Below are positions 17,316 through 27,256 of a stretch of DNA of 59,175 nt, one piece after another. Below the pieces are notes generated by a model that was not told the DNA's origin, did no database searches, and saw nothing but the letters and a program-made list of their open reading frames with translations. A program made the translations under genes and the position numbers. The DNA is taken from the NCBI GenBank assembly GCA_040752695.1, contig JBFMGO010000001.1, forward strand, positions 44,249 to 103,423, read 5' to 3'. Each line of letters begins with the position of its first letter. Position 1 is the stretch's first letter. This DNA comes from a bacterium. GTDB lineage: Bacteria > SZUA-182 > DTGQ01.

Positions 17316-19100
17316 ATGAATGATTCTCTTGAGGATTTTGGAAAATCCGTGCATGATGAGGAGGGAGCAGTTCTCATCACTTCCCTGCTTTTGATCTTTA
17401 TCCTGACTTTGATGGGTATGACGGCCATGATCTCCGGCTCTATCAATGTTACCATAGCCGACAATTATAAGCAGAGCCGGGCGGCTTTCTATGCAGCCGA
17501 GGCAGGGATCGAGAGAGCGGTAGGCAGGATCATAGACACCTTCGAGGATCTTTCCGTTTACTCTAATTCCCAGGAGGACCCGAATGCCAATGGCCAGGGT
17601 ACTTTTATCATCCCGGACCTGAATAATTATCAAATTACCTATACGATAAATAATCCCTTGAACCGGTTTCTCTATACGACTTTCATCGGTACGGCATCCA
17701 CCCTGCACTGGGCCTATCCCTACCGGCTGGACAGCGAGGCAGTCAGCCTTTCGAATAAATCCAGGGCCAGGATTACCGAGCAGATCCGTATTCTGGAAAC
17801 GCCGCTGGTACAGTACTATATCTTTTACGGAGGCAGTGGAAACGAGGCGGATCTCGAATGGCTCCCCGGGCCTACCATGAATAGCTGGGGACGGGTTCAC
17901 TCAAACGGGGATGTATACTTATGGTCCCATAATACCCTGACCTTCCGCAATTATACCGACTCACTGGAATTTACGCCCCACTCCCTGACTGCCTGCGGTT
18001 CCATTTTCCGAAGGCGAAAAGACAGCAGTGCATCGATGAGCGGCCAGGTAAAAATCCGGATTAATAATGATCACACGATCCCGGGCCTTGTTACGGATTA
18101 TAAAGAATTGCCTGCTGCAGGGATAACCCGTGACAATTGGGAAAGCATTCGCGGGCAATTTCATGATTATTTGATGATCGGAGTGAATGCCTATACCGGA
18201 GTCACCACAAAATCCGTGGAAAGAGGAGGGTTTTACGAGCACAAGGCAGAGGATCCGAAACGTGACACCGTCGATGGAATGAAGATAGTGCGTGATGGCG
18301 GCGGCGCCATCCGGGTTTTCTGCTCCCGGCCCGTTTATCAGGAAGTTACTGCCTGGATTACGGCTGAGCAACCTCTGGCCATCACGCAGTCGAGTCTTGA
18401 GAAAAATGATCAACGGGAAGGGAAACCGGTGGATTTTATCGTTCTTGATATGAATCTTTTGGAGGAGTGGTATGTGAATACCTACCTTGCGATCCGATAC
18501 AGTGCAGGCCTGGCTGGCGAGGGGATTTTAATCTATGTTTCTCAGACCCCTGCAACCGGTTTCGTCGCAGGTCCCCGGCTGCAAGCCATTAAACTGGCGA
18601 AAAGTACCGTACCCCGCCTTTTGGACGAAACAACGCTGTGCACTGATAATCCCCTGTATATCGAAGGGAACTTTAATACGATTAATAAAAGGGGCTGCTG
18701 CCTGATTTCCGATGCCATTAATATCCTTTCCAATGGCTGGGCCGCTGCTCAGGCCGCATCTCCAGGGACTTTCACAGTCGCTTCGGCTACCAGCATTAAC
18801 GCGGCTTTCATCAGCGGCAATGTTCCGACTCCCGCAGGCGGAGGGGCTTACAGTGGCGGGCTGGAAAATTATCCTCGCTTTCATGAGAACTGGTCTGGCA
18901 TTACGTGCTCTATCAATGGATGCTTCATTAACCTGTGGTCCAGCGTGCAGGCCACCGGGCATTGGTACTATGGCAGCCCGGTTTACGAAGCACCAAACCG
19001 TAATTGGGGCTGGGATACGGCTTTTGAGGATTTTAATTTCTGGCCTCCCTTTGTACCCTCAATCTACAGCGTGCAAAGGGGCGCCTGGAAGGAGTTATAA
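17316..19100 (+). CDS. pilX: Large PilX-like minor pilin (cassette 2)
   Basis: Start reassigned to ATG 17316. EEG|AVLITS, 'AFYAAEAGIE', 'GRVHSNG', 'DNPLYIEGNFN', 'YSGGLENYPRFHENW' and terminal 'WKEL'. Confidence 0.85.
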   Translation: MNDSLEDFGKSVHDEEGAVLITSLLLIFILTLMGMTAMISGSINVTIADNYKQSRAAFYAAEAGIERAVGRIIDTFEDLSVYSNSQEDPNANGQGTFIIPDLNNYQITYTINNPLNRFLYTTFIGTASTLHWAYPYRLDSEAVSLSNKSRARITEQIRILETPLVQYYIFYGGSGNEADLEWLPGPTMNSWGRVHSNGDVYLWSHNTLTFRNYTDSLEFTPHSLTACGSIFRRRKDSSASMSGQVKIRINNDHTIPGLVTDYKELPAAGITRDNWESIRGQFHDYLMIGVNAYTGVTTKSVERGGFYEHKAEDPKRDTVDGMKIVRDGGGAIRVFCSRPVYQEVTAWITAEQPLAITQSSLEKNDQREGKPVDFIVLDMNLLEEWYVNTYLAIRYSAGLAGEGILIYVSQTPATGFVAGPRLQAIKLAKSTVPRLLDETTLCTDNPLYIEGNFNTINKRGCCLISDAINILSNGWAAAQAASPGTFTVASATSINAAFISGNVPTPAGGGAYSGGLENYPRFHENWSGITCSINGCFINLWSSVQATGHWYYGSPVYEAPNRNWGWDTAFEDFNFWPPFVPSIYSVQRGAWKEL

Positions 19101-19103
19101 AAG

Positions 19104-22040
19104 ATGGTTCATATTCCTGGCATTCCTGACGATAGGCTTGGTTTTACCTTAATCGAATTGATCATCTCCCTGGCCCTGTCTTCCATCGTCATAGCAGCAG
19201 CAATAAACTTTTTTTCGAATATGGACAAATCCTTTCAAGCGCAGGCACAGGTTGGTACTGCCCAGCAAAACGGACGGGTAGCTCTCGAATATCTGGCCAG
19301 GTCCATTCAAAACGCCGGCTACAATGTCGTGAGAGGAAGACGGTTTCTCTGTGCATCGGACCGGTATCTCACCACCGTGTTCGATGAAGATGGAGATGGC
19401 ACTATTCAGAATACCGAGGTAATTACCTACTGTATATCGAAAAAAGGGGCATCTGCAACGGAAAACCTTCAGATCTTCGCCTATTTCGATCGGGATGGGG
19501 ATGGAGAGGTTGAGGCGGACGAGGGAGCAGACTGCACCATCGGCCTCGCTCTTTCCGGCCCGGTGTATAGTCTCTATCAAGCCATCCCGAACCTGACGGA
19601 TGAAAATTCCGCCAAAGAGGAAATTGCCAGTGACATCGAGAACCTGATTATCCGCTATTACGATCAGGACAATAAGCCTCTGCCGGTAACCAGACAGGAC
19701 CCGGACGATCCTAACAGCCCGAGAATAGCACCGACACCGCCGTATGATTTTTCTTCCGCTCCACAGGAACTCAACGCTATCCGCCGGATCGAGATGGAAC
19801 TGATGGTTCGCTCTGACAGACCCCTGCCCGGCTATGCCGCCGGTGGCACCTATCCGGATGGTACCGCAGCTACCTATGATGAATCGGGGGAGCCGCGGAC
19901 CGGCGTTTCTTATCAGGAAGGATATTATCACCACACGTTCCGGATCAATGTCTCTCCGAGGAATCTTATCGAAGCTCCCTGGGGGCGGGTTTTTCTGGAA
20001 GCTGACCCGAATTCCGTCCCCTGCTTCGGCAGCTCTTCGGTGATACGGGCCACCCTTGTCGACGGGAATGGTGATTCCCTGGCCAATCATCAGATAACGT
20101 TTTGTGTAAACTACGATGACGAAGATGGCTCAGCCGACGCTTATGTGAATCCGAACGTTGTCGAGACGAACTCCAGCGGAGTAGCCTCCACCACGCTTAC
20201 CTATGACTGGTCGAGCGGTCCAAAAACGTTTACGGTTTCAGCCGTATCGGTAATCGATATCGACCCCGGCCCCATGTCGGACTACAAAACCCTCTATAAT
20301 GCCATTGGAGTGGCCTTTCATGGGTTGACGATCAACTGGGACCCCAATAGTCCTCCTCCCTACGAAGCGGGTGATACGACTGTTTTTCAGGCTACCGGAG
20401 GAGTGGAGCCCTACACCTTTCAGGTTTCTCCCGCACCTCCCAATCCCCAAAGCTGGACCTTGAGTACACCGGCAGGATTCATCGACCATGACACCGGCCT
20501 CTATCAGGCCACGAGCGTCGGAACCATTCTGGTTCAGGCTACGGATTATTCCGGTTGTACGGAAGTCAAGCTGATCTGCCCGCAAATCGTTCTTTCTCAC
20601 TCTCCGGCCATAGATTTCTCCATCGGTCAAAGCACTACCTTCAGCGCCAGCCAGGGAACACCTCCCTACCGATGGATGACGAACACTCCCTCGGTCGGGG
20701 TGATTGATCCCAATTCAGGTGTATATACTCAGGTGGGCGCTGGGATAACCATAGTCATGGCCATAGATTACAACAATTGTGTCGGCCAGGTCTATACCTG
20801 CCCGCAGATTAACATTACCCCGCAGGGTCCCAACCTGGCCCTGGGAGGATCGGTCACTTTTTCAGCCAGCGGTGGAGAGGCACCTTACACCTGGTCCAGC
20901 AGCGATACATCCGTTGGCACCATAGATAGTGATACAGGATCGTTCAGTATGGCCGGGTATGGACATACCGTCATTACTGCCACCGATACCAACGGCTGTT
21001 ACGGCCAGATTCCTATCGATACCTGCCAGGTCCTGAATACGGTCCCTGGTTCGTCTCAATATCAGGAGGGAGAAACCATTACCTTTGTGACCTTCGACGG
21101 AACCGCTCCCTATACGTGGGCGAGCAGTCAGCCGCTCGTCGGGGAAATCGACGTATATGGCCATTTCAGCGCCGTAAGCAGAGGGCAGACCACGATCACC
21201 GTTACCGATGATAACGGCTGCCAGGGACAGGCAACCGCGACAGTGTGCGGCCAATTGACCATTACCCCGTCTACCTCCGATTACGATACCGGCCAGACGG
21301 TCACCCTGTCTGCTTCCGGAGGAGAGTCGCCTTATTATTGGATCAGCAGTGATCCCAATATCGCTTCTATCGCCATGGATGGAACCATGCACACCGAGTC
21401 CCAAGGCGAGGTAACGATTACGGTCGCCGACGCCTATGGCTGCCAGGGCAGTATTTCACTCACCATCACCGAAGCTTCCCATGAGCCTTTGTTTCGTGAC
21501 GATTTTCTTTCTACAGACAATTGGGATGTGGTTTCAGGGAACTGGCATATCAACTCCGGTTACCTCCGGGGCATAGGACAAGGTGGCAACGCAATCATCG
21601 CCGTCAAGAGTTCGGTCTGGAATGCCTCCTGGGTTGACTATGTGGTAATTTTAAAAGTGTGGGAAAACACTCATGGCTCCGGTTACGATGATGTGGACGG
21701 AGGGCTCCTGACCCGCTACCAGGCTTCTAACCAGAATTACAAAGTCGAGATGGATGCCGATTCCGCCGGACTTCACCTCGACCGGTGGAACGGCGGAGAA
21801 TACGTCCTTTCGTCAGCACCTTTCAGCTACACGACGAACGAATGGTACTACCAGAAGGTAAAGGTGGAGGGAAACGTGATCTCGGTGAAGGCGTGGAAGG
21901 CCACTGACCCGGAACCTGCAAGTTGGGCGATTTCCTGCACGGATAATACCTTCACCTATGGCAGGGTGGGCCTTAGGGTTTACTCGGCAGATGCAAAATT
22001 TGACAGCATCGAGGTCTGGGCAATCAATGATGCGCCATGA
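19104..22040 (+). CDS. pilW: PilW-like minor pilin extended by an invasin-like Ig domain, five Big_2-like repeats and a C-terminal concanavalin A/DUF1080-like domain (978 aa)
   Basis: RLG|FTLIE and 'AQQNGRVALEYLARSIQNAGY'. Body ends 'INVSPRNL'. Five repeats resemble 'FSASGG..PY.W'. Terminal domain 'FRDDF..NWDVVSGNW...GRVGL...FDSIEV'. Confidence 0.85.
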   Translation: MVHIPGIPDDRLGFTLIELIISLALSSIVIAAAINFFSNMDKSFQAQAQVGTAQQNGRVALEYLARSIQNAGYNVVRGRRFLCASDRYLTTVFDEDGDGTIQNTEVITYCISKKGASATENLQIFAYFDRDGDGEVEADEGADCTIGLALSGPVYSLYQAIPNLTDENSAKEEIASDIENLIIRYYDQDNKPLPVTRQDPDDPNSPRIAPTPPYDFSSAPQELNAIRRIEMELMVRSDRPLPGYAAGGTYPDGTAATYDESGEPRTGVSYQEGYYHHTFRINVSPRNLIEAPWGRVFLEADPNSVPCFGSSSVIRATLVDGNGDSLANHQITFCVNYDDEDGSADAYVNPNVVETNSSGVASTTLTYDWSSGPKTFTVSAVSVIDIDPGPMSDYKTLYNAIGVAFHGLTINWDPNSPPPYEAGDTTVFQATGGVEPYTFQVSPAPPNPQSWTLSTPAGFIDHDTGLYQATSVGTILVQATDYSGCTEVKLICPQIVLSHSPAIDFSIGQSTTFSASQGTPPYRWMTNTPSVGVIDPNSGVYTQVGAGITIVMAIDYNNCVGQVYTCPQINITPQGPNLALGGSVTFSASGGEAPYTWSSSDTSVGTIDSDTGSFSMAGYGHTVITATDTNGCYGQIPIDTCQVLNTVPGSSQYQEGETITFVTFDGTAPYTWASSQPLVGEIDVYGHFSAVSRGQTTITVTDDNGCQGQATATVCGQLTITPSTSDYDTGQTVTLSASGGESPYYWISSDPNIASIAMDGTMHTESQGEVTITVADAYGCQGSISLTITEASHEPLFRDDFLSTDNWDVVSGNWHINSGYLRGIGQGGNAIIAVKSSVWNASWVDYVVILKVWENTHGSGYDDVDGGLLTRYQASNQNYKVEMDADSAGLHLDRWNGGEYVLSSAPFSYTTNEWYYQKVKVEGNVISVKAWKATDPEPASWAISCTDNTFTYGRVGLRVYSADAKFDSIEVWAINDAP

Positions 22041-22086
22041 AATGAGGATGCATCATGAAAGAGCGGCTGCTTTACCAGGAGGATCT

Positions 22087-23160
22087 TTATAACAGGCTCC
22101 TTATGGTTGTTTCGACCTTTTGAGCAGTAACAAGATCCAGGCAATTGCGAAAGGTGCAATGTCGATCGAAGGCTGTCTTGTAGCACCCGAGGCAGTCGAT
22201 CGGGGGCTCGAGGATCTTCCCCAGGCCATACAGATAAAATTCGCAGGATGGGAAGATATTGTTCAAAAGGACGATTTTTTTCTTCAACCCGATAGCTATA
22301 TGCAAGGCCATGGTAACCGATGTAACGATAAGATCACAGCGCCCGATGAGCCCCATGAATTGCCGGTATGGGAAGACTCCGAAGTAGAGGGCGCCGGTTT
22401 TTTGAGCGAGATTTTTATTCTTGCCGTCCTCACCCGGTCCTCCCAGGAGGAGGACGGTAAGATCCTTTTTTAAAAGACCGATGAGTTCCATCCACCGTTC
22501 CTCGGACCAGATCCTCGTGGGCCAGATTGCACCGGCACCCGTGTTGAGACCGATAGTGGTCCGCCCATCTTCGAAGACGGGAATATCCGGGGCAGATGGT
22601 TCCGGCAGAATATATTCTTCTCCTGACCACTGAAATCCGCAGATTTCGAACAATTCTTCCACATAGTGCCGGGTATTCGCTTTCATTTTGTCGTCCAGAA
22701 TGCCGGTGAGCCATTTAGGCACGGCATCCTGATCAAAGGGAACGATCGCTCCATCAGTGACGGAAAATCCCTTTTTCAGCTTAGCCTTGATAAGACAGGC
22801 CAGTGACGCTGCTTCGAGGTCCTTGTCCAGGCTGTAGATAATATCGAACTCTTCGTGCAGCAAAAAGATGAGCGATGCTAAAGAAAAGGGGAGAATTTTG
22901 AAAATTTCTCCCTCCGGCAGCAGTTCCGGATATTTGGTCAGCCAGTAAATTTTCGAATAAGGGAAATCCTGGTGAATTTTCCGGAGCAAGGGAGTATTTC
23001 TTATCACTTCTCCTGCCGCCTGAAGTTTGATAATAAGGATCTTTTTGTTGAATTTGCGATAATCAGGGCAATCCGGGCAATGGACCAGGGACTGCTTGTG
23101 GAATTTGCAGGGCTTATATCCATTGAAAAAGAAACAGTCGGTTTTTATCTCTTCCCTCAT
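22087..23160 (-). CDS. Glycosyltransferase family 9 (heptosyltransferase-like) with Cys-rich N-terminus
   Basis: 'ILIIKLQAAGEVIRNTP', 'LNTGAG..WPTRIW' and 'MALHIAIGL'. Start at ATG 23160 with GGGGGA RBS. Confidence 0.88.
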   Translation of the reverse strand: MREEIKTDCFFFNGYKPCKFHKQSLVHCPDCPDYRKFNKKILIIKLQAAGEVIRNTPLLRKIHQDFPYSKIYWLTKYPELLPEGEIFKILPFSLASLIFLLHEEFDIIYSLDKDLEAASLACLIKAKLKKGFSVTDGAIVPFDQDAVPKWLTGILDDKMKANTRHYVEELFEICGFQWSGEEYILPEPSAPDIPVFEDGRTTIGLNTGAGAIWPTRIWSEERWMELIGLLKKDLTVLLLGGPGEDGKNKNLAQKTGALYFGVFPYRQFMGLIGRCDLIVTSVTMALHIAIGLKKKIVLLNNIFPSCEFYLYGLGKILEPPIDCLGCYKTAFDRHCTFRNCLDLVTAQKVETTIRSLL

Positions 23161-23344
23161 GCTGAAAAACATCCCCCCTGTTGCAAGGATAAGCGTGACA
23201 GTTGTAAGAACAAACATGACAATTGCGAGAATTAATTATGATAATTACAAGAACAAACATGACAATGGTTTGACAATGTTCATCGATAATGTTAAAAAGA
23301 TACCCTACCCGGACTGAAAAAACAAGAGGGAGTATCCTTACGGC

Positions 23345-24247
23345 ATGAAACTTTCCGTTATTATCGTAAACTTCAATTCTCTTTCATATCTCAAAAAATG
23401 CCTTTCAACCCTGCACTGGGTAAATCTTCCTTTCAATTTCGAAATCATTGTCGTAGATAACGGGTCCGGCGATGGAAGCCGGGAATGGCTGAAAACGCAA
23501 TCTCAATGCAAGGTTATCTTCTCACCCGAAAATCTCGGTTTTTCCAAAGGGAATAATCTGGCCATACAAGAAGCCGAAGGGGAATTTATTTTGCTCCTCA
23601 ATACCGATGCCTTCCCCTTGAAAGGGTCGATAGAAAAATTAATCGAATTCCTTACGGCCAGGAGCCGGGCCGGAATCGCGGGCCCGCTGCTTACATTTCC
23701 GGATGGCCGCTGGCAGAGGGGATATAACCGTACACCCTCGGTCAGGAAAGCATGGATGGTTCTTTTCACGGACATGCAAAATGTTTTTTATCCTTTGGTG
23801 TGGCCGGTCATTGATGCTCTGAATCTTACTCCGTTTGTCCGGCCCAAAAAGGTTGGCTATGTAGATGGGTGCTGCATGATGATAAAAAGAGCTATTATCG
23901 AAGACATTGGCCTTTTGGATGAATCATTCTTCTTCTTTGCCGAAGACGCGGAATTTTGCCATAGAGCCAGACAAAAGGGATATGAAGTCTATTATGTGCC
24001 AAAGGCCCGGGTCATTCATATTCGAGGCGGCAGTTCGGCCCGTAAGGACCTGGAAAAGGCGGTAATTTTGCGTCGGGAGGCAGAAAGGTTGTTTATCTCA
24101 AGGACCTTCGGAAATGACGAATGGGCAAGATACTCCCGGATCATGCAGTTCAATTTTCTCATTCGCTATCAACTGGCCAGGATCCTTAACCGGCCAAGCC
24201 AAACCTATTTTTCGTGTGCTCTGAAAGAGTATAAAAAAAGAGATTAA
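23345..24247 (+). CDS. Glycosyltransferase family 2 (WbbL/rhamnosyltransferase-like)
   Basis: 'LSVIIVNFN', 'VVDNGSGDGS', 'NLGFSKGNN', 'LLNTD', 'LDESFFFFAEDAEFC'. Confidence 0.92.
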   Translation: MKLSVIIVNFNSLSYLKKCLSTLHWVNLPFNFEIIVVDNGSGDGSREWLKTQSQCKVIFSPENLGFSKGNNLAIQEAEGEFILLLNTDAFPLKGSIEKLIEFLTARSRAGIAGPLLTFPDGRWQRGYNRTPSVRKAWMVLFTDMQNVFYPLVWPVIDALNLTPFVRPKKVGYVDGCCMMIKRAIIEDIGLLDESFFFFAEDAEFCHRARQKGYEVYYVPKARVIHIRGGSSARKDLEKAVILRREAERLFISRTFGNDEWARYSRIMQFNFLIRYQLARILNRPSQTYFSCALKEYKKRD

Positions 24248-24251
24248 CCCG

Positions 24252-25616
24252 ATGCAAAGAAGATTAGCCGATCTTGTACCCTGGGATTTCAGTTGGCAGA
24301 AAGTCAAGGGTTTTTTACATCACTTCAACCTGGTGGATCATCTCTTTGCGGTGATTGTCCTTTCTGTGGTTGTCCCTTTGAGATTTTACTGGAAGAGAGT
24401 GAAAGGTGCCGCCAACAGCCAGAGCAGTTATTCTAAAGGTGCCGTTACCGTTCAAGGTGCTGTTACCGTTTCCATGATCTATGATTCAGTAAGGATTGCC
24501 ACCGGCAGGGTGGATGCTGCCTATGACTACATCGTGAAACTCGACCAGAGTTTAAACAGTACCCAAAAGAGCCGGTCCCGGATACGGCTTGTGCCTGAAA
24601 GCTTACAGCCGGGAAATACCGCCTCCAGGGAGGATTCACATGCCTGGAAACTCAAAAATGCCCTGAAACGCGCCAGGGAAATAGCCAAAGAGGACTCTCA
24701 GATCGTTCATATCCATTACACCGTCGGCGCTTACAAACCGGGTTTGGCTATCTACTTTGTCCCACTCCTGATCAGGTTCTTCAGCCCACGGCCCAGGGTC
24801 GTGATTACCTACCACCAGTTTACCGAACATAAGCCCAGTTCCTTTTTGTTTCGCTCCCTCCTCCTGCTGCTGTGTCTGAGTGTGGATGGATACATTTTCC
24901 TCAGAACCGATCACAGCCGCGCCTTTGTCTTTTGGGAAACCTTCCTGAACAAAAATTACACCTTTATCCCTTCGCCTTCGAATCTTGAATGCAAAGAGTT
25001 GGCGCCGGATTCGGAGTGCCCGGAGCCTTCCCGGCGATCTATTCCCGATTCTGTGGTCAATCTCTCGCACTTCGGGACGATCCGACAGGGGAAAGGGCTC
25101 GAAATCCTGATCAGAGCCTTTGCCGCCATCCATGAAAGGTATCCGGCTAAAAAGCTGATCCTGGCCGGTGCTGTCGATGATTCCTACCATCGGAAACTGA
25201 TGGGAAGGATATCCGCCTGTGATCCGACCGGCAGCCTGACCGAGGCTTTAGTCTTTACCGGTCAGCTTGCCCCTGACAAGCTCTACCGGACGCTGCTGGG
25301 AACGGTGGTTGTTCTGCCTTTCCCTGACGGGGCATCGACCTACAGGAGCAGCCTGATGGCTGCTCTCGGTATGGGACTGACGGTAATCACCACCATGGGC
25401 AACCATACGCCGGAACTTTTCGAAGATGGGAAAAATTGTTTTCTGGCCCGGTGCGGCTCCTGGGAGGATCTGGCCGCAGCGATGGACAGGGTCTTGTCTT
25501 TGCAGGCGAGCGACCGCGAGAGGGTGGGCATGGAGGGCTACAGGTTATACACCAGCTCTTTTTCATGGTCGAAGTGCCTTTCTAGGCACCTGGCTTTTTA
25601 TCGAAACATTCTGTAA
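24252..25616 (+). CDS. Glycosyltransferase family 4; start uncertain
   Basis: 'HFGTIRQGKGLEILIRAF' and 'LPFPDGASTYRSSLMAALGMG' GT-B motifs. Confidence 0.85.
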   Translation: MQRRLADLVPWDFSWQKVKGFLHHFNLVDHLFAVIVLSVVVPLRFYWKRVKGAANSQSSYSKGAVTVQGAVTVSMIYDSVRIATGRVDAAYDYIVKLDQSLNSTQKSRSRIRLVPESLQPGNTASREDSHAWKLKNALKRAREIAKEDSQIVHIHYTVGAYKPGLAIYFVPLLIRFFSPRPRVVITYHQFTEHKPSSFLFRSLLLLLCLSVDGYIFLRTDHSRAFVFWETFLNKNYTFIPSPSNLECKELAPDSECPEPSRRSIPDSVVNLSHFGTIRQGKGLEILIRAFAAIHERYPAKKLILAGAVDDSYHRKLMGRISACDPTGSLTEALVFTGQLAPDKLYRTLLGTVVVLPFPDGASTYRSSLMAALGMGLTVITTMGNHTPELFEDGKNCFLARCGSWEDLAAAMDRVLSLQASDRERVGMEGYRLYTSSFSWSKCLSRHLAFYRNIL

Positions 25617-25628
25617 GGAGCGATCAGG

Positions 25629-27203
25629 GTGAGATCTGTCGAATCGTTCATTCACACCATGAAAGACAGATTGCCTGATAAAGCTTTGCTTCTTGTCTCC
25701 TATTTCTATGTATTCCTGCCACTTATCATATTTTTTGCAACATGGCTGAAAATGCCGCTTTCATTTTTCAGTGTTCTTCTGGTATCGACCGGCCTTATCC
25801 TGTCCATAAGAGATTTCGGCCATTATAAAAAGTATGTTTGCCGTAAGAAGAGCATTTTATTGATCTTTCTGGCCTGTATTATGATCACCGGCTGGGTGGC
25901 TTTATCCGGGATCGGAGGATTTGGATATCAAAACTGGGATCATGAGTTTAGAAACGCCATTTTCAGGGACTTAACCAATAAGCGCTGGCCGCTCTATTAC
26001 GACTATACCTCTGAGACCATTGAACACAGCCTGGCAGGCCATAAAGGTGCCTGTGTCTACTATTTGGGTCATTGGATCGTTCCAGCCTGTTTTGGCAAGA
26101 TGTTTGGATGGCGGGCTGGAAACATCGCTTTGTTTCTTTGGAGCACTCTGGGGGTATTATTGGTTGTTTTTCTGCTGATGAGGTATTTCGACAGCACCAG
26201 TATCGTCATACCACTCGTTTTCATCCTCTGGAGTGGAATGGATATCGCAGGCTATGACCGTAATCTTATTTTTGGCGTGCACTTAGAATGGTGGGCTCAA
26301 TATTTTCAATATTCCTCGAATACGACCTTGTTATACTGGGTATTTAACCAGAGCATAACTCCGTGGTTACTATTTTCGCTTGTATTAAATCAAGATAATA
26401 CAAAATCTATACTTATATTATACGCCGTTTGTTTCTTTTACGGCCCTTTTCCTGCTCTGGGGATGACGTTATATGTTTTATACCTTATCGTATTTGGAAA
26501 AAGCTCTCGTCTGCGGAACATGCTAACGCATAAGGAAGAGAGACCGGACTCTCATAAGGAAGAGAGACCGGATTTCTTGCATACGCTGGGTGCTGGCCTA
26601 AAATCGTCATTGACATTTCAAAATGCCGTGGTATCGCCGGTAACGCTTTTTATCCTGGGAATGTACTTTTTATCGAATCCAGGGAACCTTTCTCAAAAAG
26701 GGATCATCTGGCTCCTGTTTCCAGACAAGATCTGGAAACTTTTCAGAACGTATGTAAAATTCTGTCTCTATGAATTTGGACTTTACGTATTGTTGCTTTA
26801 TGGGGATTATAAGAGGGAACCCATGTTTATCATAACCACCATTTTACTCTTCCTTATACCTCATTTCAGCGCCGGCTCATCGAACGATTTTGCCATGCGG
26901 GTATCAATCATACCACTTTTTTGCCTCATGACCTTTGTTATCCGGTTTATTCTGACTCATTCCGATGAGAAGGTTCAGAGAGAAAAAAAGAATGCTCTTG
27001 TTTTTTTTCTTTCTCTCGGTTCAATAACGCCACTGTATGAAATTTACCGTTCCATTTTAGCAGAAAGATGTATAATGGCAGATCATATTGTAACCTTTTC
27101 TCATCTGGGTCAGATCGGAAAGGAAGAGCTCTTTAAGATAACGAATTTTATAGCCAAAGACCCGGAGAAAACTTTTTTCTTCAAACTATTAGCCAGGAAA
27201 TAA
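25629..27203 (+). CDS. Polytopic membrane protein, possible GT-C glycosyltransferase or polymerase
   Basis: About 12 hydrophobic segments. Loop motifs 'DHEFRNAIFRDL...WP', 'YYLGHW' and 'QYSSNTTLLYWVFNQ'. Lies inside the glycan cluster. Confidence 0.6.
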   Translation: MRSVESFIHTMKDRLPDKALLLVSYFYVFLPLIIFFATWLKMPLSFFSVLLVSTGLILSIRDFGHYKKYVCRKKSILLIFLACIMITGWVALSGIGGFGYQNWDHEFRNAIFRDLTNKRWPLYYDYTSETIEHSLAGHKGACVYYLGHWIVPACFGKMFGWRAGNIALFLWSTLGVLLVVFLLMRYFDSTSIVIPLVFILWSGMDIAGYDRNLIFGVHLEWWAQYFQYSSNTTLLYWVFNQSITPWLLFSLVLNQDNTKSILILYAVCFFYGPFPALGMTLYVLYLIVFGKSSRLRNMLTHKEERPDSHKEERPDFLHTLGAGLKSSLTFQNAVVSPVTLFILGMYFLSNPGNLSQKGIIWLLFPDKIWKLFRTYVKFCLYEFGLYVLLLYGDYKREPMFIITTILLFLIPHFSAGSSNDFAMRVSIIPLFCLMTFVIRFILTHSDEKVQREKKNALVFFLSLGSITPLYEIYRSILAERCIMADHIVTFSHLGQIGKEELFKITNFIAKDPEKTFFFKLLARK

Positions 27204-27256
27204 GGCTTTTCGGTTTTAACCTGCGATTGCCTTCCCGCGATATACGATATACGGTT

